Shown: piece by piece, positions 36,147-46,600 of the stretch
How positions within the stretch are numbered: position 1 is the stretch's first letter
Layout of the letters: each line of letters opens with the position of its first letter
From: Patescibacteria group bacterium
Lineage (GTDB): Bacteria; Patescibacteriota; Patescibacteriia; Patescibacteriales; UBA12465
Direction: 5' to 3'
NCBI GenBank assembly: GCA_049318005.1
Contig: JBMOHE010000001.1
Coordinates: forward strand, 117,995-181,994
Length of the DNA: 64,000 nt
Position numbers and translations under genes: made by a program
Notes under the pieces: generated by a model
The model's input: the letters and a program-made list of their open reading frames with translations, nothing else
Databases searched by the model: none
Told to the model about the DNA's origin: nothing

Positions 36147-36257
36147 CAGGGGCTAGTTTATAATTAATATATGCTTCAATTGACTCAGGGAAAATATTTT
36201 GCTATAATTATTTTATTGTTAAGTTCGATCTCAACGCTGTCTGGTGTAGAAAATAAA

Positions 36258-36290
36258 TTCCTCCGCAAAAACGGGGGTTTTTATTTTACT
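36258..36290. terminator. Bidirectional rho-independent terminator downstream of ligA.
   Basis: CCTCCG-caaaaa-CGGGGG hairpin followed by TTTTTATTTT, with an AAAATAAATT run on the other side. Confidence 0.55.
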
Positions 36291-38433
36291 GTTTTACTAT
36301 TTTCAAAAACTCCTCTTCATCTAATATTTCAATACCCAATTTCTTAGCCTTTTCATACTTAGAACCAGGTGCTTCACCGACAACCAAGTAATCTAGATCC
36401 TTAACAACGCTATCTTTCATTTTTCCACCCAATAACTTAATTCTATCTTTAGCTTCATCGCGTGTCAAACTACTTAAACTACCGGTTAAAACAAAGGTTT
36501 TACCGGCTAATTTTAAATTTTTAGCCTCGCTAGAATTAACTTTTTTATAAGTTAAGCTTACGCCGCTTTCTATAAACTTATTTAAAAATTCAAGATTGTG
36601 CTCACTATTCCAAAATTCATAAATACTTTTTGAAACGACCGGGCCAATATCTTCTAGTTTCTCAAGTTCCTCTAAATCTAATTTTTTAAAAACAGTTATT
36701 AAATCACTAATTGAAATTGACTTAGATTTTTTTAGTAATTCAGGGCTTATTTTTTCTGCCAATAATTCAGCACTCTCTTCGCCGACATGTCTTATGCCTA
36801 ATCCATAAATAAATCTGGCTAGATCTAAAACCTTGCGCGAAGCTATCATCGCAATAACATTATCCGCTTTTTTTTCGGCAAATCTTTCTAAACTTAATAA
36901 ATCTTCTTTTTTTATTTTATATAAATCAGCTGCGTCTTTTATTAAACCCTCAGTTAAAAACTGCTCAATTAACTTAGGTCCCAAGCCTTCTAAATCAGCG
37001 GCTCCTTTAGAAACGAAATGGATTATCTGGCGTAGATTTACGGCATAACATTTTTTATTTCGGCAACGATAAGCGACTTCGTCACCGCTACGTTCAACTT
37101 TTCCGCTGCACATAGGACATTCACTAGGAGGAGAGATCTTTTTTTCTTTTCCGTTTCTTAAATTTTTTAAAACCGAAATTACTTTAGGAATAACGTCGCC
37201 TGATCTTTCAATAATTACTGTATCGCCAAGACGTAAATCAAGGCGTTCTATCTCGTCAAAGTTATGAAGAGTTGAACGACCAATAATCGCCCCGCCAACT
37301 TTTATCGGTTCTAAAATGGCAGTTGGTGTTAAGGCGCCAGTTCGCCCTACTTGCCAAACAATATCGTTAATTTTCGTTGTTGCCTGTTCCGCCGAAAACT
37401 TATACGCCATCATGTATCTCGGCGCTTTGCCAACAATCCCTAAAACATTCCACATTCTTAAATCATTTATTTTTACAACCGTCCCATCAATATCAAATGG
37501 CAAAGATTCACGTTTTTTTTCAATTTCACCATAAAAAGAAAATACTTCATCTAAATTTTTACAAATTTTATTATGGTGTAAAGTTTTTAGACCAAGTAAG
37601 CCAGCAAGTTTATCGGCTTGATCTCGTCTTGCTATAATTTCTCCGCGTTCATAAGGTTTATTTTCAACGGAATCAAATAATAATAGATCATAGGCATAAA
37701 AATCTAGCTTTCTCTCGGCAGTAATTTTTGCGTCTAGCTGACGAATAGAACCGGCAACGCCATTACGAGTATTAGCGAGTTCCGACTTTCCCAAGGATAA
37801 ATATTTTTTATTGAGCTCCGTAAAAACTTTTTTAGTCATTATTGCTTCGCCACGGATTTCAATTATTCCCTTCTTAATTAAACTAAGAATAGTTTTTATT
37901 TCAGACGCTGAAAATCCGACCGAACTTAATTCTTTTTCACTTGGAATCCTTAACTTCAAAGGAATACTATTTATCGTTCTAATATTACCAGTCACATTTT
38001 CACCAGTTTTTCCATCACCACGCGTTGCCCCCTCAACAAGTAAGCCGTCCTCATATTTTAAATTAATTGCGAGACCATCAAGTTTTAATTCGCAATAATA
38101 TTCTTCTCTTAATTTTCGCTTTAAATAATTATTATTTTTTTCTTCCCAATCAAGCATGTCGCGCTCGATAAAAGCATCGAACAAGGAAATCATCGGCTGA
38201 GAATGAATTGTTTTTTTAAATTTAGATAAAGGTTCGCCCGAGACGCGCTGAGTCGGAGAGTCTGGAGTTATTAATTCCGGAAACTCATTTTCAATTCTAA
38301 ACAATTCCATTTTTAAACTATCGAGCGCTGCGGGCGACATTGACTCCTTATCAAGTACGCTAAAATTATAGCGGTGAATATCAATTTCCGCCTTTAATTT
38401 ATCTAAACGAATTTTAGCTTCAGCTTTTTCCAT
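36286..38433 (-). CDS. ligA: NAD-dependent DNA ligase.
   Basis: Adenylation motif ELKLDG (KxDG), OB fold, Zn finger CPMCSGKVERSGDEVAYRCRNKKC, HhH and a C-terminal BRCT domain. The start is probably MEKAEAK (38433) rather than 38451. Confidence 0.9.
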   Translation of the reverse strand: MEKAEAKIRLDKLKAEIDIHRYNFSVLDKESMSPAALDSLKMELFRIENEFPELITPDSPTQRVSGEPLSKFKKTIHSQPMISLFDAFIERDMLDWEEKNNNYLKRKLREEYYCELKLDGLAINLKYEDGLLVEGATRGDGKTGENVTGNIRTINSIPLKLRIPSEKELSSVGFSASEIKTILSLIKKGIIEIRGEAIMTKKVFTELNKKYLSLGKSELANTRNGVAGSIRQLDAKITAERKLDFYAYDLLLFDSVENKPYERGEIIARRDQADKLAGLLGLKTLHHNKICKNLDEVFSFYGEIEKKRESLPFDIDGTVVKINDLRMWNVLGIVGKAPRYMMAYKFSAEQATTKINDIVWQVGRTGALTPTAILEPIKVGGAIIGRSTLHNFDEIERLDLRLGDTVIIERSGDVIPKVISVLKNLRNGKEKKISPPSECPMCSGKVERSGDEVAYRCRNKKCYAVNLRQIIHFVSKGAADLEGLGPKLIEQFLTEGLIKDAADLYKIKKEDLLSLERFAEKKADNVIAMIASRKVLDLARFIYGLGIRHVGEESAELLAEKISPELLKKSKSISISDLITVFKKLDLEELEKLEDIGPVVSKSIYEFWNSEHNLEFLNKFIESGVSLTYKKVNSSEAKNLKLAGKTFVLTGSLSSLTRDEAKDRIKLLGGKMKDSVVKDLDYLVVGEAPGSKYEKAKKLGIEILDEEEFLKIVKQ

Positions 38434-38493
38434 AAGCATATTATAACACAAAAGCCCTGCTTTTGGCAGGGCTTTTTACGTATTTTTTAAATT

Positions 38494-38730
38494 TTATTGA
38501 GCAGGAGTGGCCTCAGCGCCATTAGTAGCACCAGTTTTATTAGCACCAGTAGCCTGGTTTATAAAAGCGACAATTTCGTTAACTGCTTTTGTGTTTTGAG
38601 CAGTTGCCTGTTGAAGTTGAACTAAGGCGGCGCTAGCGTTATTTAAACGTGCGCTAAACTGCCAAAAAATCATTATTAAAACGCCAGCAACAATACCAGC
38701 AATTAAAGGAAGCATTATTTCTCTTTTCAT
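38494..38730 (-). CDS. Small single-TM protein (about 78 aa).
   Basis: MKREIMLPLIAGIVAGVLIMIFW...LVQLQQATAQNTKAVNEIVAFINQATGAN; paralog of the next gene. Confidence 0.5.
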   Translation of the reverse strand: MKREIMLPLIAGIVAGVLIMIFWQFSARLNNASAALVQLQQATAQNTKAVNEIVAFINQATGANKTGATNGAEATPAQ

Positions 38731-38755
38731 AGATTTTTGATTATTTATTATTTTA

Positions 38756-38956
38756 TTATTTAGTCTGGGCATTTGAGGCGGAATTAATGAAATTAACGAT
38801 TGAGCTAATTTTAGCTGCGTCATCAACAGTTGTTTGTTGAACGGCAATTATTCCTTTATCCATACGGTTTAAAGAAATAAAAACATAAACGAACATAGCC
38901 GCTACTAGAAGAACAGCGATGCCGCCGATGATTGGACCGACAAGTGATTTTTTCAT
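38756..38956 (-). CDS. Small single-TM protein (about 66 aa), tandem paralog.
   Basis: MKKSLVGPIIGGIAVLLVAAMFVYVF...IAVQQTTVDDAAKISSIVNFINSASNAQ. Confidence 0.5.
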   Translation of the reverse strand: MKKSLVGPIIGGIAVLLVAAMFVYVFISLNRMDKGIIAVQQTTVDDAAKISSIVNFINSASNAQTK

Positions 38957-39051
38957 AATAGATATGGTTATTTTATTAATTAATTTTATTATAGCAATTT
39001 TAAAAAAGAGGGTCAAATTTGAGATATTTAAACCGCTCTTCTTCAATTTTA

Positions 39052-42000
39052 TTATTTTCTACGTTCTAAAATTTTAATTCTGGCTTCAAGATTATTTATT
39101 TCTTTCTGCTGAGCCTTAACTGCCTCAACTAAAGGAGCAACTAAGTTTCCGTATTGAACAGATTTTATCCCATTAGCCTCAGTTACTAATTCAGGGAAAA
39201 CAGTTTCAACTTCTTGAGCGATTAAACCAACGCTCGCCTTATTATCCGCTTTCCAGTTAAAGGTAACGCCACGTAAATTTAAAATTTTATTAAGCGGATT
39301 TTTAATTGTTTCAATATTTTTCTTTAAGCTACGATCAGAAGTATAAGTAAACGCAGTTGCGCCAACCTCTCCAGCGACCGTTAATTTATATCCTGGAGTA
39401 GTGGTTCCGATTCCGACGTCACCGCCATTAGGATTAATTAATGTATTCTTCCACGCTATTCCATCGTCAATTGATTGAATCATTCCGGCATCAGCCGTAG
39501 TCAAATACCCCAGAGAGATTGATTTAGTATTATCGGCCGAATCGGCGACCGATAAGATCTTTGACATTGCTGGCGTCTCAACATTATTAGAACCAACAAC
39601 TGTCAATGGTTTATCGGGGTTCGTTGTCCCAATTCCAATTCTACCAGAGGAGTTAATTCTCAAACGTTCAAGACCATTCGTATATAAAGCGGTTATACCA
39701 TGAGTAAATGTCCCGGCATTTTTATTTATTTGTCCGATAGCAAGGACGCCAGCAGCGGCACCGGCCATCCCTGGCGTGTAGCCAATCGCAACCTGTTTAT
39801 CCCAGTCATAAGAAGTTCCTAAAAATATCTGACTAGTCCCTGTTGGATTAAATAACCATAAACCAGCCGTTCCACTATCTGAATATATTTTTGAGGCATT
39901 AGCGCCAGCAAATTTCAATCCACCACTACTGTTAACTGGAGTTATATTAACGTCGCCATTAATATCTAACTTCGATGTTGGGTTAGTAACACCAACTCCT
40001 AAATTCTTATTTATGATTACTTTACCGCTGTTTAAATCCGAATAAAAATATCCTCCGCCATAATAAGCTCTATTATTTTGACGGTCCATAACGGCTATAG
40101 TGTAGCCATTATTATCATCATAAATACCAACCTCATCATCACTGTAATTGTTATTATTACCAATAAATAATCCAGCGCCCGTTGAATTAGTATTAGCTCC
40201 GATTACTGAACTACCATATATATAGGTATTTCCCCAGGCGTCAATTCTCATTCTATTTGTTATAGTTCCGCCAGTGCTTGTCGTCCTAAAGTTAAGAGAT
40301 GCATTATTATCAGCTCCTGAATCAAAATATACTTGACCCTGATAATCAGTCGCTGAATTGTTATACAGTTGAAAACCAGCTCCGGAAGGAGTGCCTGTTA
40401 GGGCGGCCGTAGAAGCATAAATTCTTATTGCCTTAGCATTAACGCTACCTAAATTAATATCAACTGGTTGAGCAGCTCCTGTGCCACTTGTATCTAGTTT
40501 AATCCCATCATATGTACCTGCATTATTTTTAATATGTAAAGGTGCTAAAGGATTCGTCGTTCCAATGCCGACTTTACCAGCAGCCGATATTCTCATTTTT
40601 TCCGTACTGCCATCAGCAACTCCGTATCCATAAGAATTTCTTGTCCAAAATGATAAATCGCCATCAGGATACCCAGTGCTAGGATTCCAGGTTGACGATC
40701 TAGAGGAGACTATTTTTCCTGCTGTTGAGTTTGCTGTGTCAATAAAGTTTATTTGACCTATTGTATTATTACTTAAAGCTGTATGAGCGGTGTTGGTGTC
40801 CTGCATTTTAAATACAGGGGAAGCCCCCGATGAAGATCCGCTTACATGTAGTGCTGAACCAGGATTAGTCGTCCCAATGCCGACATTGCCCGTGAATCTA
40901 TCGGCATAAAACATTGGATCACCTCCAACTGATGCATATGGCAACATCTGAATTTTATTTTCATCAACTGTGAAAAATTCCATCGGATTATTATCAAAGA
41001 CACTCAAGCTTCCGGAGCCATCACCTCCACCCAGAGTGAGCATAGAGCTCGGTTCATTTCCAGCTCCTAATCCAAGCCCGAGGTATCCTAACGATGAAAT
41101 TTTAACCTTTTCTTGATTATTAATATTCCAAGAGTAATGAGCGCCACTAGGAATCATGAAATCAAATTGAGTAGGCGAGACTCCTAGGCCATAAACATCA
41201 ACACCAGATTCATATAATTTTAACTTAGCATTTCCGCTAGCTACATTACTATAAGTTCCACCTAATGACATATTTTTAGGGGTTGTGGTTGCGCTAGATG
41301 TTAAAGTTCCTATCTGTAAGTTTGACAAAGGATTAGTCGTTCCAATTCCAACGTTTCCTCCGCCAGAAGTTCCATTCCAAATATTTCCATTTGGAGTTCC
41401 TCCCCAAAGAGAATTACTAGCTACGGTGCTTGTTGAAGTATAATTATTTTTTAGATAAGCAAGTGAGACTGCTTGATCATCATTAACTTGAGTATAATCA
41501 AGTCCACCAATTTGACCGCCACCAACATTAATCGCGTCGCCAGAAGATGGCTTAGAAACACTTAATTTAATACTAGGATTTGTTATCCCGATTCCGACAT
41601 TTCCATCACCTTTAACAATAAAAGCGCTTCCACTGTTAGAATTTTGAACGTTTAAAATATTTGACGAAGGAGTTACTGCTCCGCCTTTTATTAACATGCC
41701 CCATGCTTGAGCGCCGGAATAACTTTGGTTGTCAAACGTAAAAGCATATTGATTGCTAGGATTAGAGACGTTTTGAGCTAATACAACGTGCAATTTTCCA
41801 ACGGGCGCGACTGTTCCAATTCCAACGGATCCCGATGATTGCAAAATCATATTATCCGAACTGGACTTATAAATATAGTTAGTACTATTATCTCCTAAAT
41901 CAATCGCTCCACCTAAAGCCAAAACCTTGGTTATACCAGAAATTGGAGTATTTAGAGTACTACCGATAAATACCAGCCCATTGCCATTTCCAGCGAATCC

Positions 42001-42744
42001 AACATAGCCACTACTACCTCTGAATATCCCAGTACCCGTTTCCCCAGAAAATGTATAAGATGGAGCTGCCGCAGAACCAACAGGAACAGCGACTTGCCCA
42101 CTTCCTAATACTAATTTACTGCCTGGATTAGTTGTACCAATTCCGATGTTACCACCTCTTAAAATAGTTAACCAATCGCCAGCACCCCAAAAGCGAAGAC
42201 TATTGTCAGCGCTGTTATTATACATGCCCCAGTGATTGTTAGTTCCAGCAACACCTTGAATATCCAATTCAGCATTACCACTAGTTTTATATAAGTGTAG
42301 TAATGAGTTTGGATTAGTTATCCCGACGCCGACGTTACCACCACTAATAATTCTCATCCATTCCGTCGTGCCATTATTACTGCTGAAAATAGTTGCGTCG
42401 CCCGTTCCACTCTGAAGGACTAATTGGTTAGAAGCGTTTAATAGTATTTCTCCATCTTCAACTAAATTATTAGAATTTCTCCAAGTTAAGCTACTGCTAT
42501 TACTTAGACCAATACTTCCACCTAACACTTGAAATTTAGTTGAAGGCGTCGTTGTTCCAATTCCAACTGGATTATTATAATAAATTGAGCTGCCGTTGGT
42601 CGTCCATTGACTCCACTGGCTGTTCTCCCCTGTTGGCGAAGTAATATAAGCCGCCTTCGTAAAAGGGACCTTACTTGTCGCCGCAAAGACAAAGAGAAGA
42701 AGTAGAAATATAATTCCCCTCAAATTTATTATTTTTGATTTCAT
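39052..42744 (-). CDS. Secreted giant fibre-like protein (about 1230 aa) with tail-fibre-type 'GNVGIGTTNP' repeats and a C-terminal peptidase-S74 intramolecular chaperone (auto-cleaving) domain.
   Basis: Signal peptide MKSKIINLRGIIFLLLLFVFAA; more than 10 repeats of ..GN(V/I)GIGTTNP..KL.V; C-terminus TSDRSLKKNIETIKNPLNKILNLRGVTFNWKADNKASVGLIAQEVETVFPELV...VQYGNLVAPLVEAVKAQQKEINNLEARIKILE matches the endosialidase/tail-fibre chaperone domain, including the S-D-x-R-x-K cleavage motif. Confidence 0.8.
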   Translation of the reverse strand: MKSKIINLRGIIFLLLLFVFAATSKVPFTKAAYITSPTGENSQWSQWTTNGSSIYYNNPVGIGTTTPSTKFQVLGGSIGLSNSSSLTWRNSNNLVEDGEILLNASNQLVLQSGTGDATIFSSNNGTTEWMRIISGGNVGVGITNPNSLLHLYKTSGNAELDIQGVAGTNNHWGMYNNSADNSLRFWGAGDWLTILRGGNIGIGTTNPGSKLVLGSGQVAVPVGSAAAPSYTFSGETGTGIFRGSSGYVGFAGNGNGLVFIGSTLNTPISGITKVLALGGAIDLGDNSTNYIYKSSSDNMILQSSGSVGIGTVAPVGKLHVVLAQNVSNPSNQYAFTFDNQSYSGAQAWGMLIKGGAVTPSSNILNVQNSNSGSAFIVKGDGNVGIGITNPSIKLSVSKPSSGDAINVGGGQIGGLDYTQVNDDQAVSLAYLKNNYTSTSTVASNSLWGGTPNGNIWNGTSGGGNVGIGTTNPLSNLQIGTLTSSATTTPKNMSLGGTYSNVASGNAKLKLYESGVDVYGLGVSPTQFDFMIPSGAHYSWNINNQEKVKISSLGYLGLGLGAGNEPSSMLTLGGGDGSGSLSVFDNNPMEFFTVDENKIQMLPYASVGGDPMFYADRFTGNVGIGTTNPGSALHVSGSSSGASPVFKMQDTNTAHTALSNNTIGQINFIDTANSTAGKIVSSRSSTWNPSTGYPDGDLSFWTRNSYGYGVADGSTEKMRISAAGKVGIGTTNPLAPLHIKNNAGTYDGIKLDTSGTGAAQPVDINLGSVNAKAIRIYASTAALTGTPSGAGFQLYNNSATDYQGQVYFDSGADNNASLNFRTTSTGGTITNRMRIDAWGNTYIYGSSVIGANTNSTGAGLFIGNNNNYSDDEVGIYDDNNGYTIAVMDRQNNRAYYGGGYFYSDLNSGKVIINKNLGVGVTNPTSKLDINGDVNITPVNSSGGLKFAGANASKIYSDSGTAGLWLFNPTGTSQIFLGTSYDWDKQVAIGYTPGMAGAAAGVLAIGQINKNAGTFTHGITALYTNGLERLRINSSGRIGIGTTNPDKPLTVVGSNNVETPAMSKILSVADSADNTKSISLGYLTTADAGMIQSIDDGIAWKNTLINPNGGDVGIGTTTPGYKLTVAGEVGATAFTYTSDRSLKKNIETIKNPLNKILNLRGVTFNWKADNKASVGLIAQEVETVFPELVTEANGIKSVQYGNLVAPLVEAVKAQQKEINNLEARIKILERRK

Positions 42745-42807
42745 AATATTAACTCTACGAATTATTTCGCAAAAATTACCCAAGCACTAAACTAAATTTA
42801 TCAAAAT

Positions 42808-43542
42808 TTATTTAACAATCATTTTGCCAACTGCGCCTTGAGCTCGGTGATCAAACATTGAAGAATAGAAAGCATATTCACCAGCCTTAGCAGGGGCATT
42901 GAAAGTAATTGACTTTGTTTCACCCTTAGCTAGACCAATAACTACACCACCTAAAGATGGGTCATCGAAACGAAATATTTCTGAAAAAGTAGTTTCATTA
43001 ACATTAGTAACTACTAAAGAAACAACTTGACCACGATTAACTGTAAATGAGTTAGGAGCAAAGCTGCTGCTAGTAACATTTAATTTGATAGCTGATGCTG
43101 GAGCTTCTTTAATATCCATTGGGAAAGATTCTGAAGGAGCTTGTGGGCTTGATGGTTTAGCTGAGTTATTAGCTGTTTGACCGAGCTCAGTTAAAACTTT
43201 ACCACTAGTCATATCGACTGGACTTGTTCCAGGGTTAATAGTCATAACTTTAACTTCTCTAACAGTAGTTGTAGTTGCTCCGTTTGTTGGAGGAACCATA
43301 ACACTAATAGTTTTAGTTGTACTTGTTCCCTTGTCACCAATTACTTCATTAAGTAATTTTTCAGTTTCCTTAGCAGCTTCTGGAGTTTGGTTAGCTAACA
43401 TGTCTTCAGTAACTTTAGCTTTTTCACCAGGAGTTACGCCAACTAAATTACTTGATTTTGGTTTAGTGATTAAAAAGATTAACGCGCCAACGACAACTAC
43501 TGCCAAAACAATAGCGCCGATGATTTTAGAATTTTTGTTCAT
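42808..43542 (-). CDS. Membrane-anchored protein with a C-terminal cupredoxin-like domain lacking the Cys ligand.
   Basis: N-terminal TM; C-terminus FTVNRGQVVSLVVTNVNETTFSEIFRFDD...GEYAFYSSMFDHRAQGAVGKMIVK resembles the plastocyanin/amicyanin (Y-x-C-x-x-H...M) region with C replaced by S. Confidence 0.5.
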   Translation of the reverse strand: MNKNSKIIGAIVLAVVVVGALIFLITKPKSSNLVGVTPGEKAKVTEDMLANQTPEAAKETEKLLNEVIGDKGTSTTKTISVMVPPTNGATTTTVREVKVMTINPGTSPVDMTSGKVLTELGQTANNSAKPSSPQAPSESFPMDIKEAPASAIKLNVTSSSFAPNSFTVNRGQVVSLVVTNVNETTFSEIFRFDDPSLGGVVIGLAKGETKSITFNAPAKAGEYAFYSSMFDHRAQGAVGKMIVK

Positions 43543-43609
43543 ATTTTTTTAATTATTTAATAAAGTTTTATCTTTAACTTTATTTTTAATTTATTATTAT
43601 CTATTAAAA

Positions 43610-46600
43610 TTATAACACGAACCAAGAAACTACTCCAGCCTCTGTTCTATTACAGAATATATAAACTGAGTTATGCGCACTCTTAAGTTCAAATGTAGCT
43701 ACTCCAAGTATTTTTGAATCGCCCACTGGATCAATAATTATTTTATTAATTGATGAAGCACTACCACTTTCATCAACAACGATGTAGAACTTCCCCGCAG
43801 CAGTACAATTAGGAATATTCAAAGTATTAGCACCGCTTAGAGAGGTATAACCAATAATTGAGTCCGTCGAAGAAGCAGTAATCGTCCCGCCAGCACCAAC
43901 TACAGAACGATGACTTAAAGTTAACTCTGAATATTTTGGATTAAAATTACTATCAAGATAGCTCTTTGAAACTGCTTCATCGTTTGTTATTGGAGTTAAA
44001 TTAAGTCCAGTTAATCTCCCGCCATTAACTCTCAAAATTTCACCTGTCCAACCGCCGCTAATAGCATCCCAAGCTCCACCAGAAAGACTAAGTCTAACTC
44101 CTGGAGTAGTTGTTCCAATTCCGACGTAACCAGAGCTATCAATAAGTAACTTACTAGTCCCATTAGTAGAAAAATCTAAACTTGAATTATATTCAAAAGC
44201 TCTATCGCTGATTTCAAAACCACCAACTTGCATTACGCCGGCCGCATTAAAATTAACAATAATTAATGGTTTAATATAACGCGTTCCGACTGGAAATTGA
44301 TTTGAATTAGTACCCTCACCTTTTATTTTATTATAATACCAAGCTCCAGTTGAAGCCGGGTTAGCGGCACTAGCAATAAAATAACCTCTAGTTCCACCAT
44401 TACCAGCGATAGCAACCCCATCTTTATCATAGGCAGTATATCCAGCATAAAAAACACCCGTGCCCGAAACTTTCGCTGCCCAAATTTTTCCGTAATAAGT
44501 TACATTTGGGTCAATAGGAATAAGTTGATCAATCACATATCCGCCCCCACTAGTTGTATCGAATTGATGAACTTTACCGGTTGGAACAACTGCTCCAGCT
44601 GGAGCGTCAACTATAGTTATGCTTGCCGTCGTAGACCAAACTTCTGGAAGCCAAAAATTTGTTCTTGTTTTCCAGGCGTCAGCTGAGATGGCAATTAAAT
44701 TTGAGCCTGAAGATCCACCAACGCTAGTTCTTAAATAACCGCCAACTAATCTAAAATCTCCATTCGAATCTATTCTAACTTTTTCGATGCCATTAATATT
44801 CCAAGAATATCCGGCATTAGCTGGCGCCATAAAATCAAACTGATTAGCCGACACGCCCATGCCATAAAAATTTACTCCATTATCAAATAATTTTAATTTT
44901 GGGTTAGCGCCGGCGACACTACTATAAGTTCCACCTAAAGATAAAGCTAATGGAGTTATGGTCGCCGCTGTTGTAGTAGCGCCAATTTGTAATTTTGAGA
45001 GAGGGTTCGTTACCCCAATACCGATATTGCCTGAATTAGCGCTCCACATGTCGCCAGTAAGAGAGCCTGCCCAAAATTTTGTCGTAGTTGAGTTGTAGTT
45101 ATTTTTTAAATAATAGAGAGAAACAGCTTGATCATCATTAATTTGAGTTAGAGAGAGCCCGCCAATCTGACCGCCACCAACGTTTATCGTGTCGCCAGAA
45201 GAAGCTTGAGAAATGCTCAGCTTAGTATTTGGGGTAGTCGAGCCAATGCCGACATAGCCATTATCCTGAATAGTAAATAAATCTGCTATGACTCCTGCCG
45301 TATCCTTAGCTATTCTGTATTGCCAACCAGTCCCATCGGTCCCAAATGTTTGACGCACACTAACCGGACTCAAGGATACACTTCCGAGTAACTGTCCGGA
45401 ATGAATAGAACCCACAGTTAAAGCTCCGAAAGTTATATCACCACTTGTGTGTAATTTTGTTTTTGGATCAGTTACTCCAATTCCGACACTACCTTCAACA
45501 ATTAGTCCAGAAGTCGGAGCCGCTATTGCTCCATAAGTCGCACCTATAGAAGCGTTACCTAAAACACCTAATTGAGATAGTGGTTTAATAGCACCTATCC
45601 CAACCTTACCACCCAAGAAAACAGCGTTTCCTTCAGCTGACAAAGAAAAAGGACCCTTGCCAGATCTCTGACCGTTAAAAATTTGAACGTTAGCTAATTT
45701 AGCAGTTGTTTCTCCTGATTGCGGGGCTGTAGCAGTTATTCTAACCCACTTCCCTGAACCACTGATGACACTACTCTTATAATATAAAGCCGAGGTATAG
45801 CCAGTAACATCATCAACAGTTGTCCAAGTAACGCCATCCGAACTGGCCTCAACTAAAAAACTGGCTGGTAACTTCGCTCCTCCTCCATCCGGATAATTAT
45901 GAACATTGGCCGCCGTAAATGACATGCCAGCATAAGTCCACCAACCGCGAGTATTAAAAGTAATGGTTGCAGGAAAGCTAGGAATATTCCAATAGCCTGA
46001 TCCATTTTTAGCAGTTGGACCACCATTTACTAAAGTTCCAGCAGTAATAGTTATGTCAGCCGCTTGAGCAACTTCACTTAAACCAGCAATTTCAATAATA
46101 TTACCAGCCACGATACTAGCATTAACGCCGTCATTAGTCCCAACCTCTAATTTTACTCTCGGGTTCGTTGTCCCAATTCCAACATTACCAGCAAGCGGAT
46201 TTAGAAGAAGGTTTGTTCCATTGCCTACTAAATAACTATAGTTAGTTCCCTCGCCCAATCTTATTCCGCCAGTCGCCGCTACTCCATTAGAGCCAAATGC
46301 GCTTAAGGCATTAGGAGAAAGTAAAACGCGAGAGCTAGCTTGATATAAAATATTTAGAACATCATTATTGGCTCCACTTTTTATAATAGTATTATTAGAT
46401 GTGCTTGTGCCGATTATAACGCTGCCAGTGTTAGCGTTCCACATATCACCAGCAAGTGAGCCTTTCCAGAAACTAGTTGTTGTGGCATTATAATTATCCT
46501 GAAGATAGGCAAGAGAAACTGCTTGATCGCGAGAAACCTGAACACTATTAAGTCCGCCCACTTGACCACCAGCCACATTAATAACTTGGTTAGAAGTTGT

